64,000 nt of DNA from Candidatus Latescibacterota bacterium. GTDB lineage: Bacteria > Latescibacterota > UBA2968 > UBA8231. Below, piece by piece: positions 10,084-20,390 of the stretch. The notes under the pieces were generated by a model. The model was not told the DNA's origin. It saw only the letters and a list, made by a program, of their open reading frames with translations, and did not search any database. The translations under genes and the position numbers were made by a program. Numbering within the stretch: position 1 is the first letter of the stretch; each line of letters starts with the position of its first letter. Where the stretch lies: NCBI GenBank assembly GCA_965248265.1, contig CBDFJF010000001.1, positions 2,400,001 to 2,464,000 on the forward strand, written 5' to 3'.

Positions 10084-10532
10084 GCGACACGCCCGAAATC
10101 ACGGTTCGGGTGATCCGTGAAGGCTCCAATGCGCTGCCCCAGCATGAGACCGCACACAGCGCCGGCATGGACTTGCGAGCACACCTCGATGAAGCGCTGA
10201 CCCTCAATCCGGGAGAGCGTGCTCTGGTGCCCACTGGAATGCGGATGGAAATACCGCCTGGTTACGAAGGCCAGGTGCGTCCGCGCAGCGGCCTGGCACT
10301 CAAGCAGGGCCTCACTGTCCTGAACGCGCCCGGCACCATCGACGCCGACTATCGCGGAGACGTGGGAGTCATCCTCATCAACACCTCAGCGACGACGCAG
10401 ACGTTGGAACCGGGGGACCGCATAGCCCAGATCATTTTCGCTCCGGTCACCCGGGCTCAACTCGTCGAAGTTGAAGAACTCGCGGACTCGGCACGCAGCA
10501 GTGGTGGTTTCGGCTCGACGGGACAACGCTGA
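10080..10532 (+). CDS. dut: dUTP diphosphatase
   Basis: AGMDL, QVRPRSGLA, GTIDADYRG, GDRIAQ, RSSGGFGSTG. Confidence 0.97.
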   Translation: MSDTPEITVRVIREGSNALPQHETAHSAGMDLRAHLDEALTLNPGERALVPTGMRMEIPPGYEGQVRPRSGLALKQGLTVLNAPGTIDADYRGDVGVILINTSATTQTLEPGDRIAQIIFAPVTRAQLVEVEELADSARSSGGFGSTGQR

Positions 10533-10542
10533 GTCACATCCC

Positions 10543-11199
10543 TCATTCGCTGGTGGCCTTGCTGGCGATCTGATCGAGCGGGTTGACGACACTTGAAGCC
10601 ACATTCGACAGATGAGCGCTCACCCGCCGCAGGAACCGGACGGCGAGCGGAAACAGCGGTGTCATCTGGCCCTTCTGAATGGCCTCCGAGGCGCTAGCGG
10701 TAAGTTCATCGACTCGAGTCTTAACCTGTTCGTGCACGGCCATCACTTCCCTGGCCAGTCCTGCGTCACTTTCCACAAAAGCTGTGCAGGTCTTGGCGAA
10801 AAGCGGGCTGATCATCTCCCGCAACGAGCAAAACCCTTCCGTGTCAGCACCGCCTTCCTGTAAGACCATTCCCGAACCGCGCAGCTCAAGCAGGCTCTTG
10901 GCGTAGTCTCCGATACGCTCCATGTCGTAGATGACCGTAATCAGAGCGAGACTGGCCGGCAGATCCTGTTGCGGATTGAGCGTCAGGTGCTGGAAGATCA
11001 TACGGCGCACGAGCCGTTCGCTGGCGTTGATGTCACGATCGCTGCGAGCCACATCCAATTGAGGTGGCTCGTCCTTCACCAGTGACTCGCAGGATGCGGC
11101 GACCATGCGCTCCCCTTCCTCCATCATCTTGAGCGCCTCTTGCAGCGCGTCGTATAACAGGCTTGTCCGTTTGTTCGTATCGATAATTTCCTTGAACAC
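10543..11199 (-). CDS. PhoU-domain protein
   Basis: 'DRDINASER', 'DMERIGDYAKS', 'RRVSAHLSNVA'; downstream of a Na/Pi symporter. Confidence 0.8.
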   Translation of the reverse strand: MFKEIIDTNKRTSLLYDALQEALKMMEEGERMVAASCESLVKDEPPQLDVARSDRDINASERLVRRMIFQHLTLNPQQDLPASLALITVIYDMERIGDYAKSLLELRGSGMVLQEGGADTEGFCSLREMISPLFAKTCTAFVESDAGLAREVMAVHEQVKTRVDELTASASEAIQKGQMTPLFPLAVRFLRRVSAHLSNVASSVVNPLDQIASKATSE

Positions 11200-11203
11200 G
11201 GCG

Positions 11204-12298
11204 TTATCTCCAGAAGTAGATCAGGGTCAGGGGCAGGGCGTAGAACACGAGGCCAACATACACGAAGGCGTATACCCGCGAACGACTCGTGAGCTCGGCC
11301 AGACCACGTGCCAGCCGTATCGGGATCCGCCGAATCGGGGCAAATGGATAGACGAAGGCAATCCCGGCGAGGTTGAAAAACAAGTGGGCAAAGGCGACGG
11401 TGATGGCGGCGATGTTACCCGTGGCCAGCGATGCGAGCATGGCAGTGACGGTGGTACCGATGTTGGCCCCAAGCGTGAAAGGGAACACCTGCTCCAGGGT
11501 CAGGATGCCCGCCCCGACCAATGGTATGATCAAGGACGTAGTGATGGAACTGCTCTGCACCAACACCGTCATCACCACCCCGAAGGCCATGGCAACCATC
11601 GGCGCGCCGAACAGATAGCGATTGAGGAACCGACCTGAGCGCTGGATGACAATACCCTTGGCCAGGTCGACGAGGAACTTCAGCGACAGGTACATGAGGA
11701 CGATTGCCACGATCAGACACAAAATCGCGTTCTCGCCCAACCCGCTCTTGATCAGTCCGACAGCTGGCTTGACGATGGCTTTGAGCGGACTCGACAACTT
11801 CATCCCGCCGAAACCGACGAAGGCATCGGCGGCAGCCGTTGCAAACAACCGCAAATACCCGTAGGCGATTTCCAGCGGCAGCAACACGACCACCGCCAGC
11901 AGATTGAAGAAATCGTGCACCGTGGCCCCGGCCAGAGCACGCTTGAACTCCACCTTCCTGGTGATGTGCCCCATTGAGACCAGGGTGTTGGTGACACTGG
12001 TCCCGATATTGGCCCCCATGATGACGGGAATGGCCGTTTCGATCGTCAGCGCGCCAGCTGCGACCATGCCCACGACGATGGATGTCGTCGTCGAGGAGCT
12101 CTGTACCAATGTGGTGGCGAGAGTCCCGGCGAAGAGACCGACGAGGGGATTGGCCGTTGTCTGGATGACCTGCTGGGCGAAGTCCTTGCCAAAGAGCTTG
12201 AAGGCCGCACCGAGTAGACCGATGCTGACGAGAAAGACATAGAGGACGAGTGCCAGCAAGGCGACCTGGGCGCATATGACCCATGTTTCTTTTTTCAT
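11204..12298 (-). CDS. Na+/phosphate symporter (NptA/SLC34 family)
   Basis: Two QSSS repeats, each followed by GANIGT. Confidence 0.93.
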   Translation of the reverse strand: MKKETWVICAQVALLALVLYVFLVSIGLLGAAFKLFGKDFAQQVIQTTANPLVGLFAGTLATTLVQSSSTTTSIVVGMVAAGALTIETAIPVIMGANIGTSVTNTLVSMGHITRKVEFKRALAGATVHDFFNLLAVVVLLPLEIAYGYLRLFATAAADAFVGFGGMKLSSPLKAIVKPAVGLIKSGLGENAILCLIVAIVLMYLSLKFLVDLAKGIVIQRSGRFLNRYLFGAPMVAMAFGVVMTVLVQSSSITTSLIIPLVGAGILTLEQVFPFTLGANIGTTVTAMLASLATGNIAAITVAFAHLFFNLAGIAFVYPFAPIRRIPIRLARGLAELTSRSRVYAFVYVGLVFYALPLTLIYFWR

Positions 12299-12473
12299 GA
12301 CCGCTGGTCCATCGCCTGCACCAACTCAGATAGGTTACCCCGCACTGTCACCTCCAAATAGCGGACTGCAAGATTGTTTCGCATATCCGTGAAAGCGAGA
12401 GCCTCCCAGTCCGCCGCACGATGCGTAGAGCTACTCTAGCGCAAATCTAATCCATGTCCAAGGTCGCCGAAAA

Positions 12474-14213
12474 TCAACTGAGTCCCACCACCAGGCCATC
12501 GTCGTCGAGATCGACTTTCATGAAGCCTGGCAACGAAGGCAACCCCGGCATCGTGAAAATCTCACCGCAGAGTGCATAGAGGAAGCCAGCTCCTGCTGAC
12601 AAACGCAGGTCACGTACTGGCATGGTGAATCCCTTGGGGACTCCTCGCAGTTCCGGGTCGTGAGACAGCGACAGATGCGTCTTTGCCATGATCAACGGTA
12701 GACCGGCATAACCCAATCGCGTGTAGTGTTCAACTCGTTCCTGGGCCAGCGGACTGAGCTCGACATCGGAAGCGCCGTAGATGCGTGTAGCAATCGTGGT
12801 GATCTTGTCAGTAATTGAGTCTTCCAGAGGGTAGAGAAATTGAAAGTTGTGGGCCGTGCTCTCGCACGCCGTGGTTACGGCCTCCGCCAGCTCCCTGCCG
12901 CCCTCTCCGCCTTGATCCCACATCTGGCATGAGCAGGCAGTCACCGCACCCGCCTCGGTAGCCCCTTCCACGACAATCGCGATTTCCTCATCCGTGTCTC
13001 CGGTAAATCGGTTGACGGCAACGACGGCTGGTAAACCGAATTGACGGACGATACCTATGTGGGCTTGCAGGTTGCCCAAGCCGTTGCGCAGATGCTTCAT
13101 GCCCTCAGACACATCCACGGCCGCGGCTTTCTTGCCGCCAGGTAAGGGACCGCCACCGTGAACTTTCAGCGCCCTTACCGTGGCGACGATGACGACGCAG
13201 TCAGGTTGGAGTCCCGAGTAGCGGCACTTCACATCACAGAATTTCTCAAAACCGCAATCGGAGCCGAAGCCGGACTCCGTCACCAGATAGCCGTCGTCAC
13301 CGAGCAAACTCAGACCGATCTTGTCGGCGACAATGGAGCTGTTTCCATGCGCGATATTGGCGAAGGGGCCTGCATGCACGAGTGCTGGGCCGCCTTCGAG
13401 AGTCTGCATGAGATTGGGCATCAGGGCATCCTTGAGCAGAACGGCCATTGCCCCGGCAGCCCCCAGTTCATCTGCTGTGACTGGCTCACCGGAACGGCTC
13501 AATCCGACCACGATTCGTCCCAGTCGTTGCCGCAGATCTTTGAGGTCGGTGGCCAGAGCGAAAATAGCCATTACCTCCGAGGCCGCCGTGATATCAAAAC
13601 AGCTGTTGCGAGTCACTCCGTCTTTGCCGTTGCTGACGACGATGTCCCGCAGCGCACGATCGTTCATATCAACCACCCGACCCCAGGTGATGTTATCCGG
13701 ATCGAGATCGAGACGCTTCAGTCCCTGCCTCCCCAGCCGTTTGTCGCTGGACCGTTCTTCGTGATACAGTCTGGCATCGACGGCGGCGGCCAGGAGATTG
13801 TGTGCGGCGCTGACCGCGTGAAGATCACCGGTCAGATGCAGGTTCAAATCGTCCATCGGCACGACCTGCGAATACCCACCACCGGCCCCACCTCCCTTGA
13901 TCCCGAAGGTCGGACCGAGAGACGGTTGACGGATTGCAGCGATCGAGCTCTTGCCGATCACACGCAACGCCTGGCTCAACCCAATCGTGGTGAGTGTCTT
14001 GCCTTCGCCCAACCTAGTGGGGGTGACAGCGGTGACGACGACATACTTCGACCCGTCGGCCCTTGGACCACTCGCCGCGGAGGCATCGAGATGGATTTTG
14101 GCCTTCGTCTGCCCGTACAGATCGAGATCCGTCGAAGACAACCCCATGTCGCTGGCGACCTCTACAATCGGTCTGAGCTTTGCTCCTCTTGATATTTCCA
14201 GATCGGGCTTCAC
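12474..14213 (-). CDS. fhs: Formate--tetrahydrofolate ligase
   Basis: TPTRLGEGKT, RQPSLGPTFGIKGG, HAGPFANIAHGNSS, TMPGLP; GTG start at 14213 with GAGGT RBS. Confidence 0.96.
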   Translation of the reverse strand: MKPDLEISRGAKLRPIVEVASDMGLSSTDLDLYGQTKAKIHLDASAASGPRADGSKYVVVTAVTPTRLGEGKTLTTIGLSQALRVIGKSSIAAIRQPSLGPTFGIKGGGAGGGYSQVVPMDDLNLHLTGDLHAVSAAHNLLAAAVDARLYHEERSSDKRLGRQGLKRLDLDPDNITWGRVVDMNDRALRDIVVSNGKDGVTRNSCFDITAASEVMAIFALATDLKDLRQRLGRIVVGLSRSGEPVTADELGAAGAMAVLLKDALMPNLMQTLEGGPALVHAGPFANIAHGNSSIVADKIGLSLLGDDGYLVTESGFGSDCGFEKFCDVKCRYSGLQPDCVVIVATVRALKVHGGGPLPGGKKAAAVDVSEGMKHLRNGLGNLQAHIGIVRQFGLPAVVAVNRFTGDTDEEIAIVVEGATEAGAVTACSCQMWDQGGEGGRELAEAVTTACESTAHNFQFLYPLEDSITDKITTIATRIYGASDVELSPLAQERVEHYTRLGYAGLPLIMAKTHLSLSHDPELRGVPKGFTMPVRDLRLSAGAGFLYALCGEIFTMPGLPSLPGFMKVDLDDDGLVVGLS

Positions 14214-14538
14214 TGGCGTATTAACCTCATTCTCGAATAGCTGTCGGCTATGATTATGGCCGCGTCCAACCCGCCACGAGCCGGATCGAAGATGGAAACT
14301 CGAGTCTCGTTCGCGTGGGGACAATTGCGGTGCCCACTTTTGCAACCTGGTCGGGAAAGGCGCACTTGATTTCATCACGGAGATGAGCACGCCAAGGGCT
14401 GGTGATCGAAAGTGCTCCACATGGTCGCCAGAGCGTTTTATATGTTAATGTCCGAATTCAGATCCCGCCAATTTTTGACCGAAGCGGATCTAGTTCGCCA
14501 GGATCCAGCGATCCACCCACATCCGAGAGGAGCTCACG

Positions 14539-14871
14539 ATGAAGGACCCTGCTGAAAAACCACCTACCATGTACCGCAAGTTTATCGAGCGTTTTCCGAG
14601 GCTCGGCGACGCCTGGAATTGTATCGCCGAAGCTGGCGAGGATGGTCCCATTGATGAGCGCACCCGTCGCCTCATAAAGCTGGGCGTTGCCGTTGGAGCC
14701 CTGCGCGAAGGCGCCGTCCATTCCAGTGTGCGCAAAGCCCTGGGCATGGGCGTTTCTCAACAAGAAATCGAGCAGGTCGTGGCCCTTAGCGCGGGAACCC
14801 TGGGGTTGCCATCAACGGTAGCCGCTTATTGCTGGGTGCTGGATATCACCGAAGCTGAAGAAGGTGAATAG
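14539..14871 (+). CDS. Carboxymuconolactone decarboxylase/AhpD-family protein
   Basis: 'GPIDERTRRLIKLGVAVGALREGAVHSSVRKAL...EIEQVV...GLP'; GAGGAG RBS. Confidence 0.85.
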   Translation: MKDPAEKPPTMYRKFIERFPRLGDAWNCIAEAGEDGPIDERTRRLIKLGVAVGALREGAVHSSVRKALGMGVSQQEIEQVVALSAGTLGLPSTVAAYCWVLDITEAEEGE

Positions 14872-15012
14872 CGGGACAGCCACAGCACACCAAGTCGCCT
14901 ATTGCTGGTGCTGGCTGGCTATCGCAATTACTTCGATCTGGGAAGACCCTGACCACCGCTCATCGGGAGGACTTGGTTCGCATCTGGTCAGATGCTAAGC
15001 GCTGGGTCTCGA

Positions 15013-15999
15013 CTACAGCGGCAACTCCGTACCGATCCCTGCCTTTAACGCCCGTCGGTAGATCTCTATCGCTGTGGCGATGTCCTCGAGTGCAATCCCG
15101 AGGTTGATACAGATAGTCCGCTCGGCTTCACTCTCACGCCCCGGCTTGGTGCCGGCGACGATCTCGCCGAGGTCGGCGTATGGATCGGGCGTGTCGCCGA
15201 AATACCCAGCCTGACGGTAGTACCCCATTTGTTCGACGTCGTCGGTCGCCAGCTTGTCAGCCTGACGCAGGGCGCTGCCCTGCCAGTACGAGTCAAAGTC
15301 GACAGGACAGGCGAAGGCACCAGGCTCCAGCCAATCGGCCTCGATGACGGGTGAAGGGTTTTTTAAGATTGGCCCGCTGGTGACGACGAGGTCCATGCTG
15401 GCGACGGCGTCGCGCGGGTGTGATACCACATCGATCTCCAGCTCCAGTGCAACAGACATGTCTCGGGCGAAACGCTCGGCGATGGGTGTTTGCAGATCGA
15501 ACACCGCTGCCCGCTCGAGCTCGAATTCACATGCCAGGGCCTGCAGATTGCTTCGGCCCTGTACACCACAGGCGATGATGCCGACGCGGGCGCTGTCACG
15601 GCGTGCCAGATAGCGCGCCGCCAGTGCGGTGGCCGCGCCCGTGCGCTGAGCCGTGATCCAGGTAGCGTCCATGACGGCGAGAGGTATGCCGGTCTCCGGA
15701 TCGTTGAGGATCAGCAGACCGGTGATATAAGGCAGGCCCTTTTGCTGATTGCCAGGGTAGCCCGAGATCCACTTGATACCCGCCGCTTCGAGAGCGGGAA
15801 TGTAGGCCGGCATGGCATGGATGAAGGCGTCCTCTCGGGTGTGGATGCCCGGTTTCGGTGGCATCTCCACGCGGCCGGTTCCCTTGTCGACGAACATGCG
15901 CTGGAGGGCTTCTATGACAGCAGTCATCGGCAAACCAACCGCCTCGACATCCTGGCGGGACAGATAGATCAATCTGGTGGGGTCTAGAGGCGTATCCAA
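15013..15999 (-). CDS. Ornithine cyclodeaminase/mu-crystallin family protein
   Basis: MPPKP, HAMPA, IKWISGYPGN, WITAQRTGA, ACGVQG, LGIALED; TTG start tentative. Confidence 0.88.
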   Translation of the reverse strand: MDTPLDPTRLIYLSRQDVEAVGLPMTAVIEALQRMFVDKGTGRVEMPPKPGIHTREDAFIHAMPAYIPALEAAGIKWISGYPGNQQKGLPYITGLLILNDPETGIPLAVMDATWITAQRTGAATALAARYLARRDSARVGIIACGVQGRSNLQALACEFELERAAVFDLQTPIAERFARDMSVALELEIDVVSHPRDAVASMDLVVTSGPILKNPSPVIEADWLEPGAFACPVDFDSYWQGSALRQADKLATDDVEQMGYYRQAGYFGDTPDPYADLGEIVAGTKPGRESEAERTICINLGIALEDIATAIEIYRRALKAGIGTELPL

Positions 16000-16006
16000 T
16001 GCCGAG

Positions 16007-17281
16007 CTAGTCCCACTTCTCGCGGACGCGGCGGCCGAACTCAACCTCGAAGGCCTCGTTGGTCTCATAGGCGAAACCGAACGTCGAATGCCACAAGTGG
16101 GCTTGCTCCATGCACAAGTAGAAGAATACGCTGTCATGCCCGCTGTCATGCCCGCTGTCTTGCCATTGTTCGAAGGATTCGTACATGAGCCCGAACATTT
16201 CCGCCTTGAGTTCGTCGGGATAAGACAGCTTGCCCTTGGCGCCGGGCACCATTTCCATCTGCAGCATCTTCGTGGCCGTGGCGCGTTGGCGTATCGCTTT
16301 CATGACCGGCTTAATGAAGGTGACCGAACCGAACGAGACAAAGAGGACTTCGGAGGGACCGAACTGCTCCGTGACCTGGTGCGCAAGCTCGGCGTAGTCG
16401 TCACGCCAGCAATCGTAGTGCACGATCGGATGAAAGTGGAAGGCCACCTTGATTCCGCGATCGGCAACCTGCCGCGCCGCGGCCAAACGCTGCGGCAGGT
16501 CGGCCGAAAAGTGCTCTTCATTGTGGATGATGGTCGGTGTGTTCAGGGACCAGCTGAGGACCACGTTTCGCGGCGTCCGGTGCTTGAGGAAGTAGGCGAC
16601 GTTCTTCGACTTGGACTTGAACTCCAATAGGACGTTTTCGTGCGCCCTCGCGAAGTCACACAAGTCGTCGAGCATGCCGTTCTGGTTCCCCCACATCAGC
16701 GCATCCGAGGACTGGCCCGTACCGATGTGGTAGAAGCGGTCCTCCTCCAGCTCGATGGCCTGCAACTTCTCTTTCAGGTTGGCGTCGAAGACGACCTGGT
16801 CGCCGTAGAAGGTCTGGACCGCACAGTAGCTGCAACCCATACCGCAGTTCTCAACGGCGTCGATAGTGCGCAGGTTGCAACAAACGGTTTCCTCCGAGGC
16901 CACAGGACACATCCCGATGATACTCTTGTCTGACTCCTTCGTCACCCGGTGCAGTTTTTGTTTGGCACGTCTGGGCAAGCCTTCGGGAGAGAACGTCTTC
17001 GGTCGTGACCGCAGCGTCGACATGTGCGCTTGCAGTCGCTGGAACAACTGCTTCTTACGGGTTCGCGCGTCGGCGGTAGGAGTAGTGGCGGCCTCTGCGT
17101 CCACCCACCACTGTGACAGCGCGCCCTCGTCCCACATCGTCAGATCCAGTGCTGCTTCGTTGAGCTGACGCAGTTCCTGATGAGTGAGACGGTATCGCTG
17201 CGCGATCTCCTCAACGAAATCGTGCTCGACGCGGGGGATGCGTACCGTCACGGTGGGGTTACTTTGTACGATTGAGGTCAT
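16007..17281 (-). CDS. Spore-photoproduct-lyase-like radical SAM protein with N-terminal extension
   Basis: CxxxCxxC (CGMGCSYC), GTGQSSD, LEFKSKS, SWSLN, HFHPI, YLCME. Confidence 0.85.
   Translation of the reverse strand: MTSIVQSNPTVTVRIPRVEHDFVEEIAQRYRLTHQELRQLNEAALDLTMWDEGALSQWWVDAEAATTPTADARTRKKQLFQRLQAHMSTLRSRPKTFSPEGLPRRAKQKLHRVTKESDKSIIGMCPVASEETVCCNLRTIDAVENCGMGCSYCAVQTFYGDQVVFDANLKEKLQAIELEEDRFYHIGTGQSSDALMWGNQNGMLDDLCDFARAHENVLLEFKSKSKNVAYFLKHRTPRNVVLSWSLNTPTIIHNEEHFSADLPQRLAAARQVADRGIKVAFHFHPIVHYDCWRDDYAELAHQVTEQFGPSEVLFVSFGSVTFIKPVMKAIRQRATATKMLQMEMVPGAKGKLSYPDELKAEMFGLMYESFEQWQDSGHDSGHDSVFFYLCMEQAHLWHSTFGFAYETNEAFEVEFGRRVREKWD
16129..16159. repeat. 12-bp tandem duplication inside the SPL-like gene (DSGH-DSGH-DS)
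   Basis: CGCTGTCATGCC x2 plus CGCTGTC. Confidence 0.9.
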
Positions 17282-17445
17282 GCTGAATCTGCGGCGCGAG
17301 CGCCAATAGGAGTGTGTGCAAGTTGCCCGGGATGTGACTGCGTCAGGCAATATACTCACGGCTGGCGATCAGGAGTAGATACCGTAGCGTTCCAGTAGCT
17401 CTGTCGCCCGGTCTGACCGTGAGCCAGCAATCTCAGCCGAATCGG

Positions 17446-18486
17446 CTATTTGGATTGGGATCTGCGCGCGCGCTGATAGATGAATAAGGCAAGTCCGAAC
17501 AGCGAGAGCCCGGCCAGCTGATGCACCAGGGCGGTAGCGATCGGTACCCCCCAGGCAATGGTGGCGATGCCCAGCAAGATCTGGCCGCAACATATGGCCA
17601 CAAACAATCCCGTACAGGCCGGCAGCAGTGATGTTCCTTCGCGGCGTACCTGTCTCCACAGCAGCACTCCAAGGATCAGGATGGCGAAGGCAAACCAGCG
17701 ATGCTCAAAGTGCACGGTCAGTGCGTTCGAGAACAGATTGCTCAACCACGGGCGCAACGCCCAGAGGCCGTCCGGCACCCACTGCCCTCGGATCTGGGGA
17801 AACGTCGCGGACACATATCCGGCCTTGAGTCCAGCCATCAGCCCACCGAGAGCTATCTGCAGGCACACGGCCAGAAGCAGAGCGAAGGACAGCTTCACCG
17901 TTGAGGGAGAAGCTACCGCGGTAGCCGGGGGCAGAGCCTTCATCCCATGGTCAAGCGCGAGCCACAGGCACCCCCCAAGCAGCGCGATAGCCAGCATCAG
18001 ATGTAGGGTCAAGCGGATATGACTGACATGCGGCATGTCAACCAGACCGCTCTGCACCATCAGCCAGCCCATCAGTCCCTGGAAGGCGAAAAGCATACCG
18101 ATGCCCAGGTATGGAGCGGATCGGCGCCACGGAATGGTGCCTCGTACCAGAAACAGCAGCAACGGCAGCGCCACGCCGAGCCCTGCGAGCCGTCCAGCGA
18201 TGCGATGGATGTATTCACGGTAGTAGATGGAGCGGTACTCATCCATCGTCATACCGACGTTAATCTTCTTGTACTCGGGGGTCTTCTGGTAATCACTGAA
18301 CGTCTGGTCCCAGTCGGCCTCGCTCAGAGGCGGTACGACCCCGGTGACGACGTGCCAGTCCACCATCGACAGACCTGACCCCGTCAGACGCACCCAACCG
18401 CCGAGGGCGATCATGCCGACGACGGTGCAGCTGACGAACAGCAGCCATAGGGCCACGGATCGGTTGCGTTCGAATGTGGGTTCCAA
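17446..18486 (-). CDS. ctaA: Heme A synthase (COX15/CtaA type 2)
   Basis: GGWVRLTGSGLSMVDW, EYIHRIAGR, QGLMGWLMVQSGL, HFEHR, VHQ; TTG start tentative. Confidence 0.92.
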   Translation of the reverse strand: MEPTFERNRSVALWLLFVSCTVVGMIALGGWVRLTGSGLSMVDWHVVTGVVPPLSEADWDQTFSDYQKTPEYKKINVGMTMDEYRSIYYREYIHRIAGRLAGLGVALPLLLFLVRGTIPWRRSAPYLGIGMLFAFQGLMGWLMVQSGLVDMPHVSHIRLTLHLMLAIALLGGCLWLALDHGMKALPPATAVASPSTVKLSFALLLAVCLQIALGGLMAGLKAGYVSATFPQIRGQWVPDGLWALRPWLSNLFSNALTVHFEHRWFAFAILILGVLLWRQVRREGTSLLPACTGLFVAICCGQILLGIATIAWGVPIATALVHQLAGLSLFGLALFIYQRARRSQSK

Positions 18487-18661
18487 AGAGTCCCTGCTTG
18501 GTTTCAGACAGTAGGCCTGGCCATCTTCAGATTGACCGGGCCCACCAGCTACGACAGTTTGTTCTACATAGAGTACACGTGTGTGTGTTAAACCCCAAAC
18601 CGGATAGCAACTCAAGTGACGTGCCCGTGTCGACTGAAGCGCGAGGAGTGAGACAGCCAAA

Positions 18662-20356
18662 GTGAGCGCAGCGATTTCATCGTCTGAGACTCGCCATTTT
18701 GCGGGCATGGTTGTTGTTGCGGCACTCTTGTTTTGTTTGTCTCTGGGCCACCGAGCCGTGGCCGATGCGAGACAGGTGGACCAGGAACGGGTCGAGCAGG
18801 TCGAAGACTGGACTGAGTCCCTGGCCAACCAGCTGCATGATCTTTCCCTCGCCGTGCGAAACCGTAATGCCGCGGCGCTGGCCGGCCATTTCAGCGAGAA
18901 CCTCACAGCGACCCCCTGGCCGTCGGTTGGAGGAAGCCGCGTGCCGGCGATCAAGTGGATCGCGCAAGTCGATTCGCCCTGGCCCCGGGAAGTCACGGGT
19001 ACCGACGGCTTCCTCAACAGCTGGCATGTCTACCTCGACGGACTCGGGGGGATCGAGGACGTCCGTTTCCAGGTCAAGCAGGCCCATTTCCAACCTGGGT
19101 TGGAGGTCCGTGCCGATGCTTCCATCTATTTCTCCATCGTCGGTCGCACCGATGACGGCGAGCGCATCTGGATTGAAGCCAAAGCGCACCTGAACGCCGT
19201 CCTCCCAGAGGACAACTGGTCGATAGAGGAGTTCACCTTCTCATCCTTCCACGCCCGCGTGGCATTGACCGACTTGTTCAGTGAAGTGTCCGTACCCGCG
19301 GGTGTCTACCATGAATTGCCGCTGTTCGGCTCTGCTGGCAATCCCGGTTTCGTCGCCCATGGCATAGCCGTCGCCGACGTCGACGGTGACGGCTTGCTGG
19401 ACGCCTTCACCACCAGCCAGGGGCAGAACTTCCTCTACATGAATCTGGGTGACGGTCGTTTTGAGAATCGCGCCCGCGCCGTCGGCCTCGCCATCACCCT
19501 CAACGCCTCCGGAGCGTTGTTCGTCGATCACGACAACGACGGTGACAGCGATCTGTTCCTGGCTGCACCGGGAGACCAGATGCTGTTCGAGAATAGGCTG
19601 GTACCGGACGGCGCGCTCGGCTTCGTCGATGCCTCGGCCAAGGCCGGCGTCGACCTGCCAGCACAGGGATTCAGCGCCAGTGCCGCGGACATCAACGGCG
19701 ACGGCTACCCTGACATTCATGTGGCCTCCTACAATCGCTATGGTCGCGTCATGCCCAACTCCTGGTCGCGGGCCACCAACGGCACACCCAATCTGCTGTT
19801 CGTCAATCGCGGCGATGGTAGCTTCACTGAGCAAGGCGCCGCCTGGGGAGTGGCGGATCGCCGTTGGTCCTACGCCGCCCACTTCGTCGACCTCAACCAG
19901 GACGGCCGTCAGGATCTCTACCTGGCCAACGACTTTGGCGAGAACGCCCTCTACCTCAACCGAGGAGATCACTTCGAGGATGCCGCCACCGCCGCCGGCA
20001 TGCTGGATCCTGGCAACGGCATGGGTGTCTCCGTTGGCGATTTTGACAACGACGGACTACTGGACCTGCACGTGACCAACATGTCGTCGACAGCCGGCAA
20101 CCGGATCCTCAAACGCTTGTTCCCAGACCGCGCCGTTCAACTCGATCAGACTCGTGTCCTCAACAAGCTGGCTGCCGGCAACAGTGTCTTTCGCAATCTG
20201 GGTGGGGGTCACTTTGAGGATGTGAGCGCCGACCTGGGGCCGTTCTCGGGCGGTTGGGCCTGGGGCGGGGGCTTCGTCGACTTCGACAATGACGGCTGGC
20301 TGGACATTCACAGTCCCAACGGCTTCGTCTCGGGTAAATCGCTCAAGGACACGTGA
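18662..20356 (+). CDS. Secreted FG-GAP/VCBS (CRTAC1-like) beta-propeller protein; probably the N-terminal part of one 930-aa protein (18662-21454) read through TGA
   Basis: Signal-like N-terminus, NTF2-like segment, repeated D-x-[DN]-x-DG-x-x-D motifs; stops mid-propeller at TGA 20354-20356. Confidence 0.85.
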   Translation: MSAAISSSETRHFAGMVVVAALLFCLSLGHRAVADARQVDQERVEQVEDWTESLANQLHDLSLAVRNRNAAALAGHFSENLTATPWPSVGGSRVPAIKWIAQVDSPWPREVTGTDGFLNSWHVYLDGLGGIEDVRFQVKQAHFQPGLEVRADASIYFSIVGRTDDGERIWIEAKAHLNAVLPEDNWSIEEFTFSSFHARVALTDLFSEVSVPAGVYHELPLFGSAGNPGFVAHGIAVADVDGDGLLDAFTTSQGQNFLYMNLGDGRFENRARAVGLAITLNASGALFVDHDNDGDSDLFLAAPGDQMLFENRLVPDGALGFVDASAKAGVDLPAQGFSASAADINGDGYPDIHVASYNRYGRVMPNSWSRATNGTPNLLFVNRGDGSFTEQGAAWGVADRRWSYAAHFVDLNQDGRQDLYLANDFGENALYLNRGDHFEDAATAAGMLDPGNGMGVSVGDFDNDGLLDLHVTNMSSTAGNRILKRLFPDRAVQLDQTRVLNKLAAGNSVFRNLGGGHFEDVSADLGPFSGGWAWGGGFVDFDNDGWLDIHSPNGFVSGKSLKDT

Positions 20357-20390
20357 AGCCTGTTCTGGCGCCACGTGCTGGCGTCGTCAG
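20357..20390 (+). promoter_or_regulatory. Candidate bacterial SECIS element
   Basis: Stem GGCGCCA(20367-73)/TGGCGTC(20379-85); loop CGTGC starts after a 17-nt spacer from TGA, with G at loop position 2 followed by T; lower pairing CTG/CAG. Confidence 0.7.

Noticed and set aside
12299-12473. PHO box upstream of the Na/Pi symporter-phoU pair
   Set aside because: GTTAC and GTCAC half-sites are 13 bp apart, not 11.
14214-14460. ZTP (pfl) or THF riboswitch upstream of fhs
   Set aside because: CTGGCG is present, but I could not find the GACTGGCG...CGCCTGGGC pseudoknot pair or THF consensus. An Rfam scan would settle it.
20354-20356. Genome-wide UGA=Trp/Gly recoding as the explanation for the read-through
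   Set aside because: argC, rfbB, dut, fhs and others end at TGA at their expected C-termini.
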